Below, one piece after another: positions 53,887-64,000 of a stretch of 64,000 bases of DNA. The position numbers and the translations under genes are program-made. The stretch is from Octopus bimaculoides (lineage: Eukaryota). The first letter of the stretch is position 1, and each line of letters opens with the position of its first letter. The DNA is taken from assembly GCF_001194135.2 (NCBI RefSeq), contig NC_069001.1, forward strand, positions 39,599,125 to 39,663,124, read 5' to 3'. Below the pieces are notes generated by a model. That model did no database searches and had not been told where the DNA came from. It saw only the letters and a program-made list of their open reading frames with translations.

Positions 53887-55914
53887 ACATACATGCATAC
53901 ACATTTAGTTACAATTTAACTGTTTTATTGAATGGTGTGTGCAAGAAAAGACTGTTTCTTTAACAACTGCAACTGGATTGTTTATTTTAACTAATTATAA
54001 TATCCAAACTGTATTTTTTTCCCTGTATTAATAATTAGAATGTTGATTGTTGTGTAATTTATATTTTTTATGTATCAATATTACTGAACTTTCATTATGT
54101 TTTCTCCTTGTTTTGCCTGTTTTGTTAAATGAATTGTTTTGAAAAAAAAAAAATATATATATATATATATACATACACACACACACATACAAAGGCAGCA
54201 TACATACAGAAGCATTTATTTTTCACTTTATAATTAATATAAACACTTTCAAGTGTTGTTGTTGTTGTTCTTTAATCTGTTCTAATGCCGTTGCTGTCTT
54301 TTGCACACATTTCGGCATCTTCACTTCGTAAACTTGCTTGGAGCAATCAAACACACAGAAAATTGATTTAAAAAGAAAAGACTATCAGCTTTGTGAAGGA
54401 TGATAAACTTAAATCAAATACAAAACTTTCAAATAGGGCGGCAACAGCTAATAATGTTATTTGAGGAAATCCAAAATCTGAGGAATCCAGTTGGGAATCG
54501 ACAGAAAATAATCCAAATGCATGAATTTATGTACAAAAAAAAAAAATGAAAAGAAAACAATCAATGAATTCTGCCATGTGGAAATAGGAAGAAATGGAAC
54601 CAATGATTTGGGCATAAGCATCTTTATCAAGATGGAAAGGAAGGAACTAGTTTTACACATGTGATTTCAAATAGTCACCATGACATTTTTTAATCCTTGT
54701 AAATATCTCGATTGACCCTGGATGGTTTGCAATGAAATTCAAATAAATAAATTAAAAAAAAGAGAACATCAACTCTTCTTCTTCTTCTTCTTCTTCTTCT
54801 TCTTCATCCTCATTTTTGTTGTCCCTCTCCCCCGCCACCTCCCCACTCACATTTAACAAGACATGATAGGAATATATACACCAACCTCAATGTATGACTG
54901 ATATTTTATTAACTCAACCCCAGAAGGGTAAAATTGATGTTGGTGAGATTTGAGCTGAGAACATAAAGGTCTGTGGATACTCTACCGACTCAACAAGACT
55001 AAGATGAGCCAAAACATGGACAGTGTATTTAATGAACCCCATTAAGGGTGAAAGGCAAGACTGACGTCAGTGTGACCTGAACTCAGAATATAAACGGTGA
55101 TCACTAAATGTGACATGATATTTTATTGGATGCTCCACCGAGTCTTCAAGAAATGTCTCCCATTTAAAATGCAACAGCTCAAAACCATTTCATGTCTCAT
55201 CAACTTTAACGTGAAATACATTTAATGTCTGTCAAATATAATATAGCCTGGCTCTTTCATTTCTTGGTCACGCAAGCTGTCTGGTAGTGGCGGTTGTAGT
55301 AGTGGTATGGGAGTGGCTATAGTAGTGGTGGTAATGGGGGTAGTGGCGGTGGTAGTTGCAGTAGGAGAGGTGGTAGTAGTGTTGGTGGTGGTGATGGTGG
55401 TCATTGTTGAGGTGGTAGTAGTAGCAGCAGTGACAGTGGTGGTGATGGTGGTAGTAATAATAATCCGTGTCTGAAAAATGATTACACTGTGTCTTGTTGC
55501 TGCTGTCTATCAATCTGGTTGTTATTGTTTAGCCCTAGGTCAAGCCTGAGTCAGCAGATCTAGAAGTGACATTCCAGCCATGACAAACCAATCTGTTTAT
55601 CTTTCAGACATTGTATATCTGGGATTACATTGTGTCCTGATATGATCTGGGGAAGATTTGGCTGCTATGTCTAGCACATACAAGTGCCCTCAATGTGTCA
55701 TTAATGTAGTTTAATTAAACAACAGCGACAGCAACAACAACACTAATAATCTTTTCTAACTTTACTCCAAGCACCACCCCACCCACCCACAGGAATGTTG
55801 TGGGAAAGGAGGGCAAAGTCAGTCAGTCAGTTCCCTAGAGGTCATTATATTACTGGTACTTACTGATCCCTGGGGTTAGGGTGTGGAGCTTGACATAACT
55901 TTGAAAACGGTTTT

Positions 55915-57060
55915 TCAATGTCGTATAAGGGAGTGAAGTTATTGGAGCATGGAATGAAGATAGTGGAAAGGGTGTTGGAGAGGAGGATTCGGGAATGGGG
56001 TGGATGAGATGCAATTTGGTTTTATGCCAGGAAAGACATTGGATGCAGTGTTCATTGTGAGGAGGCTGCAGGAGGAATACCGAGATCAGGGGAAGGAGTT
56101 GCACATGTGCTTCATTGATCTGGAGAAGGCATTTGATAGGGTTCCAAGGAAATAGGTGATTGAGGGGGCATTGAGGAAGAGGGGTGTAAGAGAGGTAACA
56201 GTGAGGGCAGTGATGAGTTTGTATGAGGGGGTAAAGACGAGAATGAGAATTGGATCCAAGCTATCGGAGGAGTTTGTGCTGGAAGTTGGTTTGCATCAGG
56301 GATCGGTGTTGTCACTGTTGCTGTTGTTTGCAATAATGGTTGATGTGGTGACGGAGAGTGCAAGAGAGGGGTTGCTAATGGAGATGACCTTGTTCTGATG
56401 AGTGAGACGATGGAGAGATTGAGGAAGAAGTTTTGGAAATGGAAGGAGGCGTTTGAAAGCAAGGGTTTGAAGGTAAACCTCAGGAAGACAAAGGTGATGG
56501 TGAGTGGGGTGGAAGGAGAAGTGTTAGTGAGTAAGGTGGATCCATGTGGTGTGTGTGGGAGGAGGGTAATGGCAAATGCAGTGTTGCGTACGAGATGTGA
56601 GAAATGGATTCATGGTAGATGTACGTAAATGAAGACGGTGACCCCAAGACTAGCAAGAGTTTGTTTGTGGAAGATGTGAGAAAGGAGCTGGAGGGCTGGC
56701 GAAGTCAGTGGAAAGAGAATGTGACAAGATGGAGACGGCGAGAGGATTTTGTTCTTTGGGAGACGGGGTGGATATAACTGGTGGATGTGAAGCAGCTGTG
56801 ACAGCAAGAGCGAGACTTGGCTGGATGAAGTTGAGGGAATGTGGAGCATTGTTATATGAGAAAAGGTTCTCATTGAAGACAAAAGGAAAAGTGTATAGGA
56901 GTTGTGTGAGAGCAGCAATGCTGTATGAGAGTGAGACATGGTGTCTGAGGGAGAGAGAGAGAGATGACAATTTTGAGAAGGACTGAGAGAAATGTGTGGC
57001 ATGAGGCTGTTTGATAAGAGGAGGACTGAGGAATTGATGGGGATGCTGGGGTTGAAGGAA
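55915..57060 (+). pseudogene. Decayed RTE-clade reverse transcriptase fragment
   Basis: YKGVKLLEHGMKIVERVLE..EMQFGFMPGK..DAVFIVRRLQEEY...CFIDLEKAFDRVPR...GLHQGSVLS...GLKVNLRKTKVMVSG...DPCGVCGRRVMANAV..TRCEKWIHGRC...KGKVYRSCVRAAMLYESETW. The YADD region is damaged by deletion. Confidence 0.88.
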
Positions 57061-57901
57061 TTAGTGGAATTTCAAGTGGGCCCCACCTACGAGGTCATGC
57101 ACTGTTTATCTTGATATGAGATCACCATGTTGTGATGCATGTGCCTGGTGTACCCTTATCAGACGGGTAGAATGTTGTGGAAACTGGGCAGCTAGCCCTC
57201 ATCAATCATAAGGTTCATTAAAAAACGAAAAAAAAAATTCTGATTTAGGCAGAAGGTCAACAGGGCACTAGCTGACACTATTGACCCCAGTTATTTTATA
57301 GGTTCCTCATTTTATCAACCCCAGAAGAAGAAGGTTGCCCTTAGCAAGATTTGAACTTGAAATATGAAGAGCCCGGACACATGTCGCACGGTGTTTGTCA
57401 CAATCCTCTGACAATTCTGTCAGCTTGACTACCCAGGCAGGGTGAGGGGAGGTCCTTTGTTTTATTGACCCCCCAAAAGGATGAAAGCCTAAGCTTATGT
57501 TGGAGAAATTTGAACTCCAGGTGTAAAGAACTGGAAAAGATAAGACTAAAACCATTCTCTCACACTAACAATTCCACCAGCATATAAATAATAAATAAAT
57601 AAACAGGTAAATAAAGAAACAGGTAACATAGTAATTCCATGAAAGTCTTGCAACATCTCAAACATCCAAACATATTCTGCTTGTGCACACAGCTTCTCCA
57701 CATTGACAGAGACAGTCATGCTTTGGTGCAACAAGACTCTGTTTGCATGTGCTGTGAGATAGTATTTTTCTCTCTCTTACAAATTCTTTCCATTACCATT
57801 TAAATATTAGTGATTTACACACACACACCCCCATACACACACACATATGAATTATATTTTTACAATTATATATACATAGATATATATACAAATGTGTGTC
57901 T

Positions 57902-57934
<33 letters not shown>

Positions 57935-58399
57935 CACACACTATATACGTATGTGTATGTACACACATACGCATATAAATATTATATATACATATTACAT
58001 GTGCTTATATATAGTGTATATATCATATATACAATAGATAAATAGATATACACATTATGTATATATGTATTTATACATATTTATGTGATACTATATTGAG
58101 TAAAATATATACGACTTATATGTTTATTACATATATACTATATAATATGTGTTAGACATCACACAATACAATATATATTATAAATATATAACACCCATAT
58201 GCACATACGTATTCACTGTTTCCCATCTGAAGCTGACAACTGTGAACTCCCCTCACACACACACACACACACACGTCTCAATACTATTACACATACACAC
58301 ACTGTAGATAAATATAGATAATTGATAGAAAATGGATTGAATGACATTCTTTATATATAATGTATGTATATAACGTGTGTGTGTGTGTGTATCGTCTGC

Positions 58400-59700
58400 A
58401 AGCTTTAGCTATTCCTTCGTCATCTCTCACCTTTCTCTAAACACTTCTCTCCGTTACACGTTTTGCAATGTCTCGACTCGATGCAACTGCACCGCCGCCA
58501 CCACCAACAGCATCCTCCCTGCATGCACACAGGTGCAGCAACAGCAGGGTTGATAAAATAATCATCATCTAAGGTAAAAACCACAGACGACCACCACGAC
58601 GGCGACCAGTTAAAGCAAGCAGCCAGCTCTCCGCCATAAACACAATCTCCGTCTCTCTCCTTGCTCCCGTTGTTAGCTTTCATTTCTCTCCTTCTTCCTC
58701 GCCTCACTTCATCTCCTTAAGTGATAATCTCTCGCCTTCCATTTATGCCCCTCTCTACGTAGCTATCTATTAATAAAGTCACACACAGCCAGCTAACTAG
58801 CGATCAATACACACACACACACACAGATACCTACTTGCAGATAGACACTCACACATACGTAGGTACGCTCGTGTACACACACACATACAAACACAATCAT
58901 AGGAATGTACGCAAACATACATACGTATGTTTCATGCACGCGCGTACACATGCACAACACACATACACGCATACATACATACGTAATCCAGTTAGCTGTG
59001 TTCATCCATCCCTCAATCCCTTCCTCTTTCTCTCTTCCCTTTATTTTCCAAGCTATAATAACTCTCACTCCATCGTTTCTTCCTATCTTCGTCTCTTTCT
59101 CCACGCAATGGGGTACTCAAACAGCCATCCATCTCCGCTATTTCTTCTCCTCCATTCGTATCTCTCTCTGTCTCGCCACCGAGCTCCGTGCGTTTTTCTT
59201 CTGCCATTCATTCGGCGAGCAACTGGTCTCCTCCACCTGACGTCAGCGATCGTGGAAACGTTCTCCATCTCGCATTGATGAGGACGGCTCTACTCGCTGC
59301 TTTCCATTGGTTTACTGGGGAAGAGAAAGAGAGCAAAGAGGGAGAGATGCGAGTGGTCATGGGGGGAACGACTCAAGTAGAGAGAGAGGGAGATGTATAG
59401 AGAGGGTAAGATAACAATAGTGAGACAAACAGAAAGATAGGGGTAACACAGCAACAGAAAGAGACAGATATAGAAGAGAGAGGATAACATAAAAGAGAGA
59501 GGAACTGCTATAAAGCGAGGAGTAGCATGAGAGAGAGAGAGAGAGAGAGTCATGTATATAAAGGGTAACATACCATAAGAGAAAGAGAGAGAGAGAAAGA
59601 GACTGAGCTAGTGAGAGGGGAGGGTAACAAAGATGGTTTATTAGAGACTAGAGAGAGAGAGAGAGAGAGACTTGCGCTCCCCCCACCACCCCACATACAT
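58400..59700. promoter_or_regulatory. CpG-rich candidate promoter / 5' regulatory region upstream of Cav2
   Basis: CpG density is visibly higher than in the preceding ~50 kb. Perfect CRE palindrome TGACGTCA at 59238-59245, inverted CCAAT (ATTGG) at 59306-59310, and TATA-like TATATAAAGG at 59555-59564. No transcript data available. Confidence 0.45.
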
Positions 59701-61405
59701 TAAGTGTCTCAGATGGTTCAGTGTAGGTTCCAAGTACTGGCTATGGTGGACGTACAGGGGAAAGTTGCCGCTCTCATTCCACCAGTTTAATATGTCTTAT
59801 AGACATATCAACCACATTTTGGGGAGACATGCAGACTAAATATTTATGGACACCCTGTTAAGTCATTTATTTCTCTCTCTCTTTCTCTCTCTCCCCGTTT
59901 TTTTACCCTCTTGTTACTAATATTACTACAACAGTTACTCAATCGTTTTGGTTATTTTCTGTATTTTTTAACCAATTTTACAAAATATAAATGAAAAGAA
60001 TTTAATTGACATTGGCATGCCTTAATTATTTTATATTTTAATGTTAGTCGTCTCCAAGTATTTCGTTTTTTTCCTTCAGTTCTAACGGACACCTGTTTCC
60101 TAAACATTCTCAGACAGAGAAAAACGTAGAAAAATCTCTTATTTTCCTTTCTAAACCACTTTTACCTCTGATAGATTTTCTATTCTTAATTATTTAGACA
60201 ACATTTAAGGAATTTATTCTTTACATTTAAAATAATCATCGTTTTTTCTTTTTTTTTTTTTCGTTTTATTCTCTTTTATTCAACATCGACGTTTTTGAAA
60301 GGAAATCTTTTTTTTTCCTTCGTTGTTTATTATCTCATTCTCGTTCATTTCACTCCCAATATCGCAACGAACAGATTTCTACCTTGGTCTTCACCTGTAG
60401 ATCACACACTCACACACACACACAAACATACATACACACATACATATGTATGTATGTGTGATGCATATGTATGAATGACTGGTGAATGAGTGTATGCGTG
60501 TGCATGCGTGAGTGCGTGCGTGCGTGTGTGTGTGTGTGTGTGTGTATGTGTAATTTCGTCTGAAATTCCCTTGGTTTTTCGTTAATTAAAATAAACCCCA
60601 AACACACACACTTGAATTGCCTCCTCATTTCATGTCATACTGCAGAATTTTCAGCTTATATGCACACACACACAGACACCTATATACACCCACCTGAATA
60701 TAACAGTGGCATTAGGACAAATAAATCATTTTTATATTTATTTCTAACCTCCAGTCACATCTTTCAATAAATTTTGAATCTTACACCTTTTTTTTTCTAC
60801 TTTTTTCTCTGTCACATCTGTAGAGTATCCATTTTCTCTGTCACATCTTCCTTCTCTCTGTCACAATTCCAAATAACTCTGACATCCACACACACATACG
60901 CGCCCTTTCTCTCTTTCTATCTGTCTTTCTCACATCTCCAAATGATTAATTTATTCTTAATTATTTCATAATCTTTATTATTTATTAGTAGTGTTTATAG
61001 TATTATCGTTTATTAGTATTATAGTTTATCATTTGAATTATTATTATCGTTATTTATTATCATCGTTATATTATTAGTATTATTATTATTTAAATATTAG
61101 TAATAAAATTGATTCCCTACTCGCCCGCCCCTCCCGGCCCCTCCCTGACCCCATGGATATCTCACTTTGCTATAACTGGACATACAAGCAAATTGGAGTA
61201 AAAAGAGGAAAAGACAGTGTTAATAATAACAATTATTATTTGGTCTCTTCTGACGACGACATTTTTCACTTTCCTAAAGCAATGACATTGTGGAATAAAC
61301 TTATGTAAAAATAGTTTAAAGAGAGAAGAAAAATCCCTCCTAAATATCTTTAATGAAGAAAAACGTTAAAAAGCCAAAAGAAAAACTGAGCTAAAGTTGT
61401 TGACG

Positions 61406-61436
<31 letters not shown>

Positions 61437-62319
61437 CATATATATAAGTGTATATATGTATCTATAGACATACATACGTATATTGATGGATATATATACA
61501 AATGTATAGGGATATTGTTGTATGTATAATAAGTATATCAGTATAGTGGAGTATTTGTATATACACGTATGTATATATATGTTATACACACTGGAGTATG
61601 TGTAAGGTGTGTCAAGAAACTACAGTGAGAGGGAAAAATACATCTTTTGAGGAGTTATAAAAACAACAACACAGGAGAAACTACAATCATTCCACAAGGA
61701 AATAGCAGAGGAGAACAACAACACCAAGAACAATAACAACAGTGATAACACAGCAACAACAACAACATTGATTTTGCAACAAGTGATATCACAACAACAA
61801 TAAATGTGATATAACAGTTATTGATATCACAACACCAATTTGATATCACAACAACAACAACAACAACACATATAATCATAATATAAAACAATTTGCAACA
61901 ATATCAACAAATATTCATTATTATTATTATTGTTTATTATTATTTTTATTATTACTTCTAATTCTTCAACCAAACAACAATAACAGTATCACTAACAACA
62001 ATATTATTACTATTATTAATTATATTAAAAAAAAAAAAGAAACCACCTGCAGCAACAACAACAACAACAACAACAAGCGACAATGGTGACTAAAAAGATT
62101 TCTGAAACTGCACTTTCTCATGGTTGCAACAATGTGCAACACCAATGTAGCAGCATTCGGTGGCTGGTGCAGCTTTCGTTATGCGTTGTGTCAGCCGTCT
62201 TCTGATATAGCTACTGTCACTGTCGTCTCCAACTCCTTCATCTTGTTGTTGCTGTTGTTGTTGGTGCTGTTGTTGTATGTTGACTGTGTTCTATTTGGTG
62301 TGTGTTTGTTTCTCTCAGG

Positions 62320-62513
62320 ATGAATACCTTCTCAGCAGACAGTGGCAACAGAGACGACTCTGAGTACACACATGATGGATCTCTGAGGTTTGTGGCCAAA
62401 AAAGCTGCCACTATCAGTCTTCCAGGCATGGGATCTTCTACCAATAGGTCGCTGTTCATCTTCAGCGAGGAGAACTTCATCCGCAAGTATGCAAAGATCA
62501 TCATTGAATGGGG
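62320..62513 (+). CDS. Cav2: First recognisable coding exon (N-terminus up to IS1) of a Cav2-type (non-L-type, cacophony/CACNA1A-B-E-like) voltage-gated calcium channel alpha-1 subunit; gene continues beyond the window
   Basis: Translates as MNTFSADSGNRDDSEYTHDGSLRFVAKKAATISLPGMGSSTNRSLFIFSEENFIRKYAKIIIEW(G). The motif NRSLFIFSEENFIRKYAKIIIEWG matches the conserved pre-IS1 segment of Cav2 channels (vertebrate form NRSLFxFSEDNxVRKYAKxITEWPPFE). A pyrimidine-rich acceptor ...tttctctcAG lies at 62317-62318, ATG at 62320, and the exon ends in phase 2 (TGG GG|) at a U12 donor. Confidence 0.93.
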
Positions 62514-62523
62514 ATATCCTTTG
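62514..62523 (+). other. U12-type (minor spliceosome) AT-AC intron 5' splice site
   Basis: ATATCCTTTG begins exactly where Cav2 homology (EWG|PFE) stops. It matches the U12 donor consensus RTATCCTTT. Reading on in frame gives non-homologous YPLFTAF... and a stop. Confidence 0.88.
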
Positions 62524-62624
62524 TTTACAGCTTTTATTACCATTTCATACCTCGTTAATTATATTTGATGTAATTAAAGTCTTTCTTTTTGTTTTTATGT
62601 TTTTACATTGAACCTTTCTCTCTA

Positions 62625-62677
<53 letters not shown>

Positions 62678-63124
62678 GTCTCTCTGTCTCTGTCTCCTTT
62701 CACTCAGTTGTCATTTATCTGCTTTCAAAACATGTCAATACACAGACACACACACAGACACACACACATGCATATCTATAAAAAGGCTGTCCAACTGTAG
62801 GAAACCTGCAAAAGCTGACATTGGTGCATGATAACTAACATATCCTGTCCAACCATGCCAACCCATACCAACTTGGAACATGGATATTAAATGATGATGA
62901 TGATGATGATAGTGTGAGGCAGAGCTGTGTGCTTCTGTTTATTTCCCAACTGCTTTTGTCTTCTCTTTTGATTCCTGTGCAGGACCCCCTTGGGTATGTC
63001 TTCTTCAATTGATTGGGGAACACCAGTTCATTAGGAGTCAAAATGGGAGACAGGAACAGCACATATACACACACACTCATCTGTGTGTGTATACTATTAC
63101 ATGCATATATATATATATGGGTAT

Positions 63125-64000
<876 letters not shown>

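Noticed and set aside
58420-58707. 95-aa Cys/Trp-rich minus-strand ORF
   Set aside because: No recognisable homology and a non-ATG start. Better explained as promoter-proximal or UTR sequence.
62514-62568. In-frame continuation YPLFTAFITISYLVNYI of the Cav2 ORF
   Set aside because: Homology ends at EWG; this is intronic sequence after the U12 donor.

Overview
AT-rich, microsatellite-dense eukaryotic DNA with several assembly gaps. The repeat families (tRNA-derived SINEs, RTE tails ending in (GAT)n) look like an octopod cephalopod genome; this is inferred from memory and no search was run. Only one host coding exon is recognisable: the ATG-bearing N-terminal exon of a Cav2-type voltage-gated calcium channel alpha-1 subunit (+ strand, 62319-62513). 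It is followed by a minor-spliceosome (U12, AT-AC) donor, ATATCCTTTG, and a CpG-rich candidate promoter lies about 3 kb upstream. The other ~58 kb is non-coding and full of decayed mobile elements: RTE LINE fragments, two restriction-like-endonuclease retroposons (R4/Dong-like and Hero-like), mariner and maT (DD37D) transposase remnants, hAT-like MITEs and at least three SINE families. The most unusual sequence is at 41.1-41.9 kb. There, a ~330-bp element has 92-bp inverted arms that each contain a Penelope-type minimal hammerhead ribozyme fold and enclose a tRNA-like Pol III promoter. A second, unrelated hammerhead-like motif with an inverted partial duplication lies about 200 bp upstream. 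Nearly all ORFs in the supplied track are artefacts of microsatellites or N-gaps.
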